From positions 18,063,159 to 18,117,692 of the forward strand of contig NC_068982.1 in the NCBI RefSeq assembly GCF_001194135.2: a stretch of DNA of 54,534 nucleotides. Reading direction: 5' to 3'. Position numbers and translations under genes: made by a program. Within the stretch, counting starts at the first letter, position 1, and every line of letters begins with the position of its first letter. Origin of the DNA: Octopus bimaculoides (Eukaryota). This document shows positions 10,213 to 23,407 of the stretch, piece after piece. The notes under the pieces are model-generated. The model searched no databases. It was not told where the DNA came from and saw only the letters and a program-made list of their open reading frames with translations.

Positions 10213-13200
10213 TTATTAAATAACTAATAATTAGCAAAAAATGTATTTGTAAGGAAATTGTTATTTATAATAATAGCTTTCATAATTTTAATATTTATAG
10301 CATTGATGTCAAAACGTTTCCCTTTAATGATATCATTAGTTAAAATACCTGCGTGGTAAGGGTCTGTAAATACTTAATTTGTTTTCATTATTCATTACTT
10401 AGAGTTAAAGTTACCTTCTTGCTATCACTATTGTAATCTATGATAAAATTGTAGATTAAGCTGCACATATAGCATACATTGCCTTGTGCCATTGCACTTT
10501 ATTGATAATCTTTAATTAAATGAACTTTAAATATACTCTGATTAAATATTCTCTAATTATATATAACGTGACTCACGTCTTAGACATTAAATCTTATTGA
10601 TTTTCTTTTCGTTGGTCATATGGTATATATATGCTTCTTTCTTTTATTTTGAATTATTCTAGGTTTAGCTGTTCACGTTATTTTATTTAATTCCAAATAT
10701 ATTTAATGCCAAACTCCAATATCTTATTATGTGCCTCAATACTATTTAATTTTTATTTTGATATATGATTACTTTTATCGCGTACAATTCTTTGTAAGTG
10801 TATATTATTTGGCCTCTGTGTGTGTGTATGTGCGTGTGTGTGTATGTGTGTGTCTGTCTGTTTGCGTATTTAAGCATTTACATGTTTTATTCGTATACAT
10901 CTCTTAAAGTGAAAACTATTCTTTTCAGCTACTTTCTTAAGAATATGGACGTCCATCTTTTGACCTGGGGCCGATTTTGGAAAAATCTCGGTCAAGTTAA
11001 ATGCAATTCTGTCTCGCCCTGAAGATAAAAAAAATAGGCTTATTACTCTTAAGGAATGACCATCAAAATTTTTCTGAACCATAAATTCCAACATAGGAAC
11101 CATGTTGGTTGTGTTAAAATAACAATTCGACCACCCCTCCTTTAAGATAAGATTATTTAGGTTGTGAAATCGAAATGTTTGTTTGGTTGCCAAACTCTCC
11201 CTCCTGTGCTGAAGTTTCTTGTTTCATCCGTAACTGCTATAAATATTCTCTTTCCTTTTTCAATAATTGTATTTTGCCAAAATTTTAATGGGATATCACC
11301 TGGAAAATATTCGGCAGACATTGACGTGAAATGGAGTGGATGTCTAACAATACGAATTTCCATAGCGATATCTGTTAAGTTATACAACTGGCACACATTT
11401 GCAGTAACGTCTCTCTATTTTAAGCACATCTAGTGATGTTTTGAACAATCCAATCGCTTTCGTTTTTCACTACCAATTACTAGAATGATACAAGCTCAAA
11501 TTTGTAGGGTACTTCGAACTGGTAAACTGCTGATTTCGCATTTGAATCGACTGGTACACTTTTGTTTTCGTAGAAAACTCTTTAGCTATAAATGTGCGGG
11601 TGTGCTTCTAAGTGACGTTGCTAATATCTAGTCAGTTTCCTCGAAATTGAATCGGTTTTAACAAAACCAATTTCTTCATACTCCAAACAAAGGCATTTTG
11701 AGTATTATTTAAAATGAAAATATAAATTTATGAAATAAATTTTAGAGTATTACCCCAAAATCGAATATAGTTCTAAACGAACTTCATTAACCTCCTGATC
11801 ATTATTGCGACAATGTCTTAGAGTTTCGTTATTATAATTTACTTGAGGCTCAGCTATGGCCCAGAAGCTCAGCGTAGTTGAAACGCATTGTAAAGTTATG
11901 ACATTTGATAGAGTAAAATATGCAATGTGATAGCATTGCTAGCAAAGAAAAATTGTTAGCAGTATCTAGTAAAGAAGAATATTTGCCCATGTTTGCTTCA
12001 TTGAAAACATAGCTTTACAATATAAATAAAAGTACAAACCATCTGCGATATAATCTCATCACGATCACTTATCAAATTTTCACCATTAAGAATACTTAAT
12101 TATATAATATAAAAAAAATTTCTGATTTTAGCACCATAATTAATTTTCACATTTTCTCTCGGGCGATTAAGAAATTTGGAAGTGTTTAATTTCTTTAGAT
12201 TATCGGAAATGCATATCTTCTGCATATGTCGTTGCGTTTCTCCAGTCAACTCTCTCCTGTTCAGCTATGGATTAGGTAACTCATTATGAAAGATGTTTTT
12301 ATGCTTGGCAATCCCGTTTTTCAGACATTGTGTGTTACCTAATATGTTTTTCATTTTCTAACTTGCTTTGGGGTTACTTGAGAAAATTTTTTTTTCAATT
12401 TCGGGAACATAAAACCAGCGGCATATTCACAATTAATGTATGGCGATGTGCAACAAGTCTTCCTGCATTATATTTTAAGGTGTGTGTGCCTATGTATGGT
12501 TGAGTGTAGGCAAATGTTAGCATATTCTTGTGTCACACTCTTTTGCACCCTTTTTGATTCACCTTTATAAAATTATTATTTTGATGATAATTTAACTTAT
12601 GAAATGTTAAACTGCGTTAAATTCGAATGTTTTCAGTTGCAATGACCTTGATATTAAATCAATGCCGCTGTCTTATAGCATTTGCACATTGACTATGCGT
12701 GTTAAGTTTTTCGATCAACTAAATTAAGAGATTCATTGAATTATGTAAATTGCTGTATATGTGTACAGGTAGTGTAAGTCGTAAATAGAGTCAAAGTTGC
12801 ATAGCGCAGCGAGGCCGGACCTTCGATTTATATTAGTGTACAGACGTTAAAAATCTACCTTACGATCTTCTATGGAAAGTACTTATCTCCATTTTCCAAT
12901 ACAGGGTATGAGTCAATCAGAAGCTATAGAAAATTCACGTACACACAACGCCGTGCAATCGAATCGAAACTTAGATCTCATGACTGTAAGCGAATTTCGT
13001 AACCATAACGAACTACATGCTATAGCATTAAATACGGTTATTATACCACTTAATATATCATGTCGTTCAAATTATCAAAATATTATCAAATAATATTGAA
13101 TTAGTTTCGCTGCATTTGTAATAGACGTGTAAAGATATTAGCTGTTTGACATATAGCTATTTGCTAACATAGGTGTAAACAAAATACATTTTAGATATAC

Positions 13201-13224
13201 TTTTTCATTGAAACATATCAGTTG

Positions 13225-13282
<58 letters not shown>

Positions 13283-13749
13283 GGTGTGTGTAGTCATCTT
13301 ATCTCTTTGTCCATATATTATTCTAGTAGATTTCTAAATTTCCTTAAATATGTTCTTTTACTAAATTGAGATTTTGTTTTAGTTATTGAGACGTGGAAGC
13401 TACATTACCATTTTCTTATTTTCTATTTTGTTGTAAAATGCTATGGTCAAAAACAACTGCGCACCTTATGGTTCTCAGATATTCTGACACTTCCAGAGAT
13501 CCACCAATGCATATCAACGTTACACTAACAAGAGCAGGCATAAACATAGAGTGGAGAGAAACAGCATGAAAACAACTAAGTTACCAAATAGGGCAACCTG
13601 TATAGCTCTTGTAGGTTTATAAAAACAGTAATGGTCAGGAAATTAATGAACAGAGAAGTGCAGGGTAAAATGAAATGTATGTTATTACATGCGGTTGAAA
13701 ATTCAGAGTGAAAGATAAATACTTGTTCAATGAATAATAGAATTGATTC

Positions 13750-13990
13750 CACAGTAAATGACCTGTATCATGTAGCATGATTTGATGACTATACGAATGC
13801 ATTTCAAAAATTTTACCTTGCAGATGATGTTCAACTTGGTGGTACATGTGCGTGATAATTGTGTTAAGCTGTTGTACAATTCATAGAATACTAAATTGGA
13901 TACACTGTTTGGAATCAATGGAATCAATGGAAACCATGAGAATATAGGGACTTTAGTCAAACATTGTGCATTGGATTGGCTTATTTAGAC
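13750..13990 (+). mobile_element. Possible very old LINE RT remnant (CR1/L2-like)
   Basis: TVNDL...FYLADDVQL resembles the (I)NDL...FADDxKL motifs; frame has many stops. Confidence 0.3.
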
Positions 13991-15049
13991 AGTGAAGGCG
14001 AACTCGGTTAAGCAATGGAAGATAATAACCAGGTTGTCTATCATATATATTTTTGGCTAAGCGTAATTTTATATTTTGTAATTTAGTATTCTGCTAGAAG
14101 CGGAAGTGAGCGCTTAAGACTATATAAAGAGAACTGCTATTTAGGCAAGTTATATGATCGTATATTACAGAGGATGATTTCAATACGATTTATGCTCTAT
14201 TCAGGGTTTGAAAATAAAGTGTTAAAAAAATGGATTTGCTCCTTAGAGAAATGGTTATTAATTCTCCGATTGCCTTTGAACCACTTTACATGTTTTTCCT
14301 TTTCTACAACGATTTCATATATATGGAAAATGTTTTCAGCAGTAGGGTTCGTGTTTAAAATATGAGACGAGTGATAAAATAATAAAATTTAAAACGATGT
14401 AGTGAGAGATAAAAGGATATATTCAAGAGAAGGTCAGACGTATAACGCCGGATATATTCTTTTACATTTGTTAGTGGTTTGTGTTTCTAATATACTTTAA
14501 TATTAATCTGTAATCCATTACGTATGCATTTTAATAAGATTTATAACACCTGTGAGCGTTAAAGGTATTTGTCACCTATGTGAATCGTCCATATTTATAC
14601 TTACAAATGTATAGAGCTATTTATCATCTTGAAACATTATTCTGAAATATTTCATTTAAAAAGTATTCAACAACACTGAGAACTGTTTAACAGAAAAATA
14701 GAAAATTTCTACTTCTAATATCATAAATGTTCAGTTTGATGAAATAAAATTGACACCTCAAATTTCATTTGATTTCTTATATTTTTAACTTTGTAATTTT
14801 AAAAGTGTGCTGCTTTTCCTTCAGATCTTATATTTAGTTAATATTCTTGATAATTAAGCTGTATAATTACTATCAGGCTATACCATTAGAAACTAAATTA
14901 CAGTAAATATCAAATGTCACTCTTTTATTAAATCTTATTATAAATAGAAATTGTAAGTTTTAACATTTGAGATACTTAAAGAGGAGATCCAAGTATTTTG
15001 TGTTCTCTTCTCAGTTATAATCTTTACGGAGGTTAGAACATCTGTATGA

Positions 15050-15420
15050 AACCTGACTCACCTTGTGCTTATAAAAAAGCCTAAATTTCTTACCAGACAT
15101 ACCACAATGTCTCCCTGCTCCAGCATTGCACATTCATATCCCTCCACTCTCCTTTTTCCCTATTTCCCAGCAGTTCACCTCTCACCATCACTCCACTACT
15201 CTCACCATCAACTTCCCACATCATATCTTTCCCTATCATACATTTAACACATATTTAACACACAAAACTCCTCGTTTCCAAATACAAACTTACGTCTTCC
15301 TTCGTCTTTATCGTCCAATGAAACACACCATCATTTAAAAATCTCTTTTTTCCTTACTCGAATTCCGACATCTTCCTAACCATCAAGCACCCAGCCATAC
15401 AACAACTGTCGCAGGTTCAA
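15050..15420 (+). mobile_element. Possible decayed PLE thumb region
   Basis: C/T-rich coding-like strand with YKKxxxSYQTYH (YxKPTxxQTYLH-like); similar in character to 2040-2250. Confidence 0.35.
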
Positions 15421-17454
15421 CATCGTACCTTACTTTTACTACCCGCTATCATATAAAAATGAACATTTAGTTTTTTTTTCTATCTGTCTACCGTTGTCTA
15501 TCACCCTACATTCATGAGTGGATCGTATTTCGGCATCAACTTTCTATCTCACTTTCTCGTTGGACATTTTCCTCCACTTCTCAAACTTATAACCATTTCT
15601 CGAATTCATAATATAATTTTGAATCCTGAAAATTTCAACATCTCGAATAGTTCCGGACGTTTCATCTCATGGATTATGTCATATTTGAATGCCAACATCT
15701 GGGGATTGTTTTCAACATTTTGTTCTTTGCTAATTTAAATTTATAATTAAGCACCCATCAGAAAGTTCAGATATATTTCTTACATATTCACATACTTTTT
15801 TGATATTCGCTACTTTACTTAGAACACAGTATCATCTGTCTTATGAAAAATTCTATATCAAATAACATGCAGGCACTAATCACTAAATGCATTTACCCCT
15901 GCCAACTAAAATATCTGAAATGGAATATATGCACCTGCGAGATTAGAGCCAAAGATTTTAATCAAATCACCTTCATGTATCAAACAACTACTCTGGATTA
16001 GTCACCTGCTCTGTGTAAATGTTAATTGCATAAATCTTGAAGGGTATATACCCTGAAGATATTTCACAAATACACTGTTGAAGCCAATCATATTTCTATA
16101 AAATATCCTTTACTCTATCAATATTTTCTAGATATTTCTCATTATGCTATTATAAATTGAAAAGACCCCCAGTTATAAACATTAAGGAAGAAACATCAAA
16201 CAAATCGTCTACTACTCTTTCAATAGTTTGTGTTATCTTAAATAAAAGAATGGAATATATTTAAAAATCCAATATTTTTATGAAGAATGTGATAAATAGT
16301 ATTTCTTTCGAGATTACAGAGTTGAAAAATATTCTTTGGCTATATTAATATTACATATTCAAACATACTTCATGAAATATTGACTGTAAGAAATCGCAAT
16401 ACAATTGTATCGTATTTTATATTCCTTTAAAATATTAATCTTTTGAAATATATTAGGTGCTTTCTTGTTGCGTATTCTCCCGACTTTCAATTGCATCATG
16501 AAGCTAAATAATACGTTTATATCTTTGAAACGATTTGAGATTAAATTCCATTATACACACTTTCAAACGAAAAGATGTACGCAGGATCGCACTGAATTAT
16601 ATTTCTTGTTACAATTCTTTCAAATAATCTTGTAATATTAATCCAAAGCACTTGGTATTCCTGTCAGAGAAAATGAAATTGAATACCGGAAAATTCTAAC
16701 AGAAACAAATTATTAATCATTGAAAATATCTAGAAAATATCAATTGAAATAAGAATACAATGAGATATCAAAGGATTACATTACTTCAAGAAAACTGGGA
16801 AAGAAATGCGTGTATGTTAGAAAAAATGGAGAAAGCGAGGGGAGGGAACAAGCCAGCAAAAAATGAAAACTTTATTGAAGAATGAGTAACAATAAGTAAG
16901 AGAGAACACGTAATATATATCTAAAATATTCATTTTTCAGACTGTATTATTGAAAAGAATTTATACAATAAATCCTGAAGTGGCAAATTCTAACCGCTAT
17001 CATCTAGACGAAGGAAATATCCGTCTACATGATACAGTTTAAAAGAATACAAAAGAAGACAAAAATTGAAAAGAAAATCTAACAATAATACATCTCCTCC
17101 ATGGACATATTCTGTTACACAAAGTGGTATTTGGGCATTTGATCACTAAAATTATATAAATAAGCCTAACATATTTCAATAGATACCGATATCTAACGTG
17201 CTTCGTCAGGAGTATGCTTCCATACACATTTTTGCAATCTATTTTTAAGGATGGTTATTAAATTCTCTGCTATTTTTGCATATTTGGATCGTATATTTAA
17301 ATGCACGAGAGAAACCTGAATTTGAAATTATATAAAAAATATGCATATTACATTTCCTTGCCTTTAATCTTATTTGTTGTCATATCAGAATTTGACTGTA
17401 TCTAATAATGTATCCAATTAACGAATTTATATGATTTATACTTAATTTTATTAA

Positions 17455-17620
17455 GGGATGGCGGATAGTGAATGGCCTTTCTATATGAAGGCTAGCTGCG
17501 AACAAAACAGCTTCCTGAAAAATATGTCGTGAAACAGCACCGAAAGCTTTCACCAAAGAGCGATGAACTATGAGCATCATTGGATTTATGAAAACCTATG
17601 AAAGGTCTCTGATGATCCTG
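17455..17620 (+). mobile_element. Possible Mutator-like transposase C-terminal remnant
   Basis: EWPFY...S*NSTESFHQR...HHWIYENL resembles W..Y...RTNNxxESFH...HPxIY. Confidence 0.35.
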
Positions 17621-18769
17621 CGAGAAGGCTGATAATGATCACCTTCGAATATATTTTTTCTCCATCTACAGGTTGAATAGATATATTGATATCACCCTCC
17701 GACTATTAGACTTTCGAATTTTCACTATGTCAAGGATGTGATGGCTGAGAGATTCTTTTTCTTCTCAGGACTACATGAATAGCTGAATAAATGATTTGAA
17801 CAGTAGAAAACAACAACAACAACAACAACAATAATGATAATGATAATAATAGTAATAATAATAATAATAATAATAGTATTAGTAATAGTAGCGCAAGACT
17901 GAGACAAAATCTCTCCTATCTGATACCAATATAGCTATTTCTAATTTTGTCATAACATAACAAATGATAGAGCTTGAGCTGTTGCTTATGTTAGTTAAAG
18001 GTAGTATTTCATATGCCAAGAAATGATTAGACGTAAGAAGGTTGAACAAACAGTGAGTCGACAAAATTATGTGAAACGCTAATTTCAGTTCTTTACGTTT
18101 GTCTAGCCTTTAGGTGAATGAAATTCAAAATAAATCCATTGTTCTTCATCCCAGCTTGTGTCTGACTGAACAGATGAACTACGATGGTTTCATCTGTTTA
18201 TCAATGGTTAGCGACTTTGTCAATTTGAATTTCTATTCTATAAAGTGTGTTTGATACGAGGGAGATTTTTTGAGTGTTATTGAGATGGATTAAACCCACA
18301 AAATCTCTCCTTGTTGGAACCAGTTTTACAATAAGTAATTAAGTTAAGAAACGTCGACAAATTCCCATTAAAATTTATTCACTCTTGAAATAGTACACCG
18401 ATTTCAAGTTTGGTCTCCGTAAATTTTATTTAATATACATTCTTATCAGATATATGTTCAAAAAATATTTTCCCTTCTGTTCTAATCTGACTTTTCACAT
18501 TTAGAAATATTTTCTTCAGAATCAGTCTTGCTTTTTTTAAACTCCACTATGTTTGTAATTGCTTCATTTTGGAAGTACAGCTTCCATCGATTGATTTTAA
18601 ATCAAAAATCGCCTTTGAAGTAAATATGAATGCAATATTTTATGTATATTTATAAAAGTAGTAATTTCATTATTATAAGTAAAACTTTTGGATATATTCT
18701 TAGTCTCTTAACGAGGAGGAGATGAGATTGTAATATTTATTCCGATTCATTTCGCTCTGATTTTAAACC

Positions 18770-18893
18770 CTTCGAAGGTTAACTTTACTTTTCATCCCTG
18801 GGGGTCGATAAAATAAAGTGCATTTCATGTAGTGGAATCTATAGTGTAGACTAATCTCATCTCCACAAAATTGTTGGCTTGTGCCACAGTTTA
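18770..18893 (+). mobile_element. SINE family B, 5'-truncated
   Basis: GGTTAACTTTACTTTTCATCCCTGGGGGTCGATAAAATAAAGTGC and tail GGCTTGTGCC. Confidence 0.75.
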
Positions 18894-19359
18894 AAATAAT
18901 GATAAATCGGTCAGTTGGAAAAGTTGATAGCGTGTCTGTCAAAATGCTCATTATCTTTTCCAGCTCATTATATTTTGAGCTCAAATCTACGAGGTCACCT
19001 TTGCATTTTATGCTTCAAGGATACTTAAAGGAAACTACCAGTCAAGTAGAGAAGTTGATGTTTATATAACCAATTAACTCCATTCCACTAAAAAATTCTG
19101 ACCATGCTTTAATATGTAAAATATTTTGCATGCAATTATTATTTTAATCATTTGCTGTCGTTGTTCTTTAACTCACATGCGTTCGTTATCCAACAGATCT
19201 GACCAAAGTGTCCCTGCCATGTCCATCACGTCTTTTCTGAAGACATAATAAATTCAGAACTACGTTTTCTAATGTATAATATTCACTGTTTGTTATTATA
19301 GCTGTTGTTGTCCCAGCCGACCAATCACCAGAGTTGTGCTAGGTTTAACCGTCATTTAT

Positions 19360-19690
19360 ATTTAATCTTTTTACTTGTTTAAGTCATTAGATTGAGGCCA
19401 TGCCTCGGCACTGCTTTAATGAAATTTGGTCGGACAACTTGATTCTAGTACTTCTCTTAAAGCCTGGTACTCATTCTAACGTTTTCTTTTGCAGAACCGC
19501 TGAATTACGCGGACGTAAGCATACACACATACACACAAACACATATGTATACATGTACGACGTGCTTCTTTTCATTCACGAGCATGTTTTCGACCCGAGT
19601 CTATAGTAGGAGGTACTTGCCCAAGGGGCAAGTAATGGGACTGAAACCGGAACCATGTCGTTAAGAAGCCAACTTCTCACCGCACAGCCA
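19360..19690 (-). mobile_element. SINE family A, diverged
   Basis: GGACTGAAACCGGAACCATGTCGTTAAGAAGC head; AAGCCTGGTACTCATTCT body. Confidence 0.85.
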
Positions 19691-20100
19691 CATCTGTTCC
19701 TATGTATCTTTTTCAGACACAGAGTATCTGGGACCCCATTATATATGTTGATTTGCTGCAGGACAGTTTGGAGAGTTTCAGAAATGAGTGAGATGAAAGG
19801 AGGAATGCTATTCCAAAACCAAACGGTTGCATCGAGTGACAAGATGGCAGCTTTAAAGTGGACGATAGATTAAGTCTTCTTCCGTTACTCATTTATAAAA
19901 AAAAAATTAGCAAATCAATCGAATGTAATTGCTTTTATTTAGTTCAGTTTGCAGATTAGCCAAAATAAATGTCTATATTTCTATATATTTTAATGTTGCA
20001 ATGTTTGAAAACGTTTATTCAGTAAACTAAAGACAATTCCTTAGGACAAATATAATACAATTAAATTAACAAATATTCTAATGTCAACCTTATTTTCTTC

Positions 20101-20249
20101 ATTATGCCAGATACTAAAGAATATGGCAATATTATTAAATTAAGATGTTGCAAATGATATTTCAAGCTTGTTTCCTTTATCATGACATATACTAAGAAAT
20201 ATGGCAATATTATTAAATTAAGACGCTATAAAGGATATTTCTAAAATGA
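20101..20249 (+). repeat. About 79-bp tandem duplication
   Basis: ATATGGCAATATTATTAAATTAAGA occurs twice about 79 bp apart with similar flanks. Confidence 0.85.
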
Positions 20250-20439
20250 TTGCATTTTTAACTAATTGAAAAATTGTAATATATAATGTAATATGATTTG
20301 CATGCATCATAATATACATACTATCAATGTAAATGTATTTGGTTGATATAAATTCAAATATTTGAAATGAATTGTGCTCGAATACAATAAGGAAATCATA
20401 TGACTAGAAGCAAAAATTGAAAAAGTAAAAGCATAAATA

Positions 20440-20651
20440 TACTTTTCTACTGTAGGCATAAGATGCGAAAATTTGGGGAAGTGGCGATTCAATTAGATCG
20501 ACCCCAGTACGCAACTTGTACTTAATTTATCGATTTCGAAAAGAATGAAAGACACAGTCGACCTCGGAGGAATTTGAACTCAGCACATAAAGACAGATGA
20601 AATACCACTATGCATTTCTCCCAGAGTGCTAACGTTCCTACCAGCTCGCCG
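20440..20651 (-). mobile_element. SINE family B, full length
   Basis: GTCGACCTCGGAGGAATTTGAACTCAG (B-box on the minus strand) and GCTAACGTTCCTACCAGCTCGCCGC head. Confidence 0.92.
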
Positions 20652-20689
20652 CTTTGTAATTGCATAAATATTATCATATCAATAAGTCA

Positions 20690-21810
20690 CGGACTGCAAA
20701 GACTGTGCTGCGATAGTCTCAATCTTTTGACCATTCTGGGTCACCGGCTTGAAGAGCTAGGTCTAACACTTCGAGCCCACTATTATAAGTCTGGTATTTG
20801 TTCTATCCATGGTTTGCCGAATTGCTAAATTATGGTGGTATAAATGAACCGACACCGGCTGACATGCGATGCTGGGGTGCATACACGCACGCACGCACTC
20901 ACGCACGCACACACACACACACACACAAATACACACACACACACAAACGCACACACACACGCACACNNNNNNNNNNNNNNNNNNNNNNNNNNNNNNNNNN
21001 NNNNNNNNNNNNNNNNNNNNNNNNNNNNNNNNNNNNNNNNNNNNNNNNNNNNNNNNNNNNNNNNNNNNNNNNNNNNNNNNNNNNNNNNNNNNNNNNNNNN
21101 NNNNNNNNNNNNNNNNNNNNNNNNNNNNNNNNNNNNNNNNNNNNNNNNNNNNNNNNNNNNNNNNNNNNNNNNNNNNNNNNNNNNNNNNNNNNNNNNNNNN
21201 NNNNNNNNNNNNNNNNNNNNNNNNNNNNNNNNNNNNNNNNNNNNNNNNNNNNNNNNNNNNNNNNNNNNNNNNNNNNNNNNNNNNNNNNNNNNNNNNNNNN
21301 NNNNNNNNNNNNNNNNNNNNNNNNNNNNNNNNNNNNNNNNNNNNNNNNNNNNNNNNNNNNNNNNNNNNNNNNNNNNNNNNNNNNNNNNNNNNNNNNNNNN
21401 NNNNNNNNNNNNNNNNNNNNNNNNNNNNNNNNNNNNNNNNNNNNNNNNNNNNNNNNNNNNNNNNNNNNNNNNNNNNNNNNNNNNNNNNNNNNNNNNNNNN
21501 NNNNNNNNNNNNNNNNNNNNNNNNNNNNNNNNNNNNNNNNNNNNNNNNNNNNNNNNNNNNNNNNNNNNNNNNNNNNNNNNNNNNNNNNNNNNNNNNNNNN
21601 NNNNNNNNNNNNNNNNNNNTATATATATATATATGTATATATATACCGAGATAATTCGACACAGTGTCTGTGTACCGTATTCATTTTCAAGGAATCGATC
21701 AGTCAAGGGCTAAAGTAGACACGGCACTTGCCCCAAGTTGCTGCGCAATTTGAGTGAAACTGAAAAAGTATGTTTGCAAAGCAATCTTTTTAACAAGGCA
21801 GATATACCTA
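20690..21810 (-). mobile_element. Diverged SINE family A spanning a microsatellite and gap
   Basis: 3' half at about 20690-20870 and head half at about 21690-21810 (GGCACTTGCCCCAAGTTGCTGCGCA). Confidence 0.7.
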
Positions 21811-21829
21811 TGTCTCAGTATAGGTATGT

Positions 21830-22140
21830 GACAGCAGTCCAGTTCTTGTGCAGTCGGCTCAGTGATTGTCAAATGTCTTCGTAACGTAAATCGACAAGTT
21901 AACTTGTTGGCGCTTCGATCAGTTGTTGCAGGTGATGTTTAAACACCAGTGTTTATCTTCAATGCTAGTTTCTCACCCTCCTCTATTATTCGTTATAGTG
22001 TATCCTTTGGCCATGTTAGTGATGTCATCGCAACAAATATCATTATGTCGGACATCCTGCACCCCTCGTTCGTCAAGTATCCTTTTAATGTCCATTTCCT
22101 TCTGCTTCTAATTTATAAATACCTGCAAAAACATTAGGCT
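21830..22140 (-). mobile_element. RTE-like LINE RT remnant (YADD region)
   Basis: LDERGVQDVRHNDICCDDITNMAK then, after a frameshift, RIIEEGEKLALKIN; resembles NLRYADDTTLMA...EESEKVGLKLN of RTE/BovB RTs. Confidence 0.6.
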
Positions 22141-22226
22141 GTACACAGGACGAGACACTTTATTAACATGCATAAGGAAAGTATGTTAACAAAAATATAA
22201 CATTTATGTTAGTTTCGGTACGATGC

Positions 22227-22271
<45 letters not shown>

Positions 22272-23370
22272 TGTGTGTGTGCGTGTGTGCGTGTGTGTGT
22301 GAATATTTGAGTCTATTATTATTTATGCATGCAGATGCATGTTCCTGCATGTATATATGTTTCCATATACACGGTGTTGCCCTTCAGTGAATATAAGTAC
22401 AGATTTTCTCAGAATATATTCACAAGTGTCTCTTACTGCTTGTAAAACATAATTGCTCGTGCCAATTATTCAAGTCATGAGACAACAATATATGACTCCA
22501 TCATTGGTTGGATAATAGGGAATGTACACCCTAAGTTTTTGAGGGTGGGGCAATACAAACACTTTGGACACCCTTATGAATATTTTCATTGCCGAAACGG
22601 AGTGTAGAAACATTTTTCGATTGATTTGAAATATTACTTTTCCATTATTGGGTTTATTAGACTTGATTGATGGACAAGTATAATAACAATAATAATTATT
22701 ATGAAACCCGATTTTATTTTAATATCAAAATGAGAAAATCAACCTTGTTTGTCATAAAAGTGAGATCTGTGTTTGCACCTCCAAAGCAAATTTCGTTCTC
22801 GCACAACTGAACGTGTTATCGTGTAATGTGTCCACCTGCAATGTTTGCTCTCAAGATTTGCTAATATATTTTAATAGACATAAAAGAATATAGTGACTGG
22901 AAATTAGCCTTTTTAATTCAAATAGGCTATATAGGAAGATTATTGGAGTACTAGGACTAAATCTGTTCACAAAATGAACACGGAATATGACGAGTAAAGG
23001 CATTCAAATATTATGAGACATTAGGTGTTCTTTTTAAGTTAGTACCTAAATGCTTTTGGTATAATTGTAATATAATATATGCAAAAAAACAAAACAAAAA
23101 AAAACGCAGAAAGCGGTTAGATTTATCTGAAGTCACACCTTACATTAAATAATAAGGAAGTACATTTCATAATCTAGATAATGCCTTCGATAAGTTGTTC
23201 GAAAATGATTTGGAAATGTTATGGCTAGAACAATGCAGCTGTCCTTATATAGACCTTATGTAATGTTAGGCAACAATGACAACAATGACAAATGTGAGAG
23301 TTATGTGGATGGGAGTTTGAAAGTGTAGTATGAGGTTTCGAAGTGAACGTGTGTGTATATCTGTGTGTGT

Positions 23371-23407
<37 letters not shown>

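Noticed and set aside
14605-14641. Minus-strand mini-exon with a GTAAGT donor
   Set aside because: Stops in all three frames and no other support.
15600-15735. VENNPQMLAFKYDIIHEMKRPELFEMLK peptide
   Set aside because: No good splice sites and only a vague resemblance to Tc1/IS630 transposases; unsupported.
18167-18203. 10-bp hairpin AACAGATGAA/TTCATCTGTT as a miRNA candidate
   Set aside because: Too short for a pre-miRNA, and I recognised no conserved miRNA here or elsewhere by eye.
20763-21718. Long ORFs of 260-480 aa in the track (also at 31135, 40816, 45940, 48914)
   Set aside because: They are composed of N runs and dinucleotide or trinucleotide repeats (YIYI, HTHT, CVCV).
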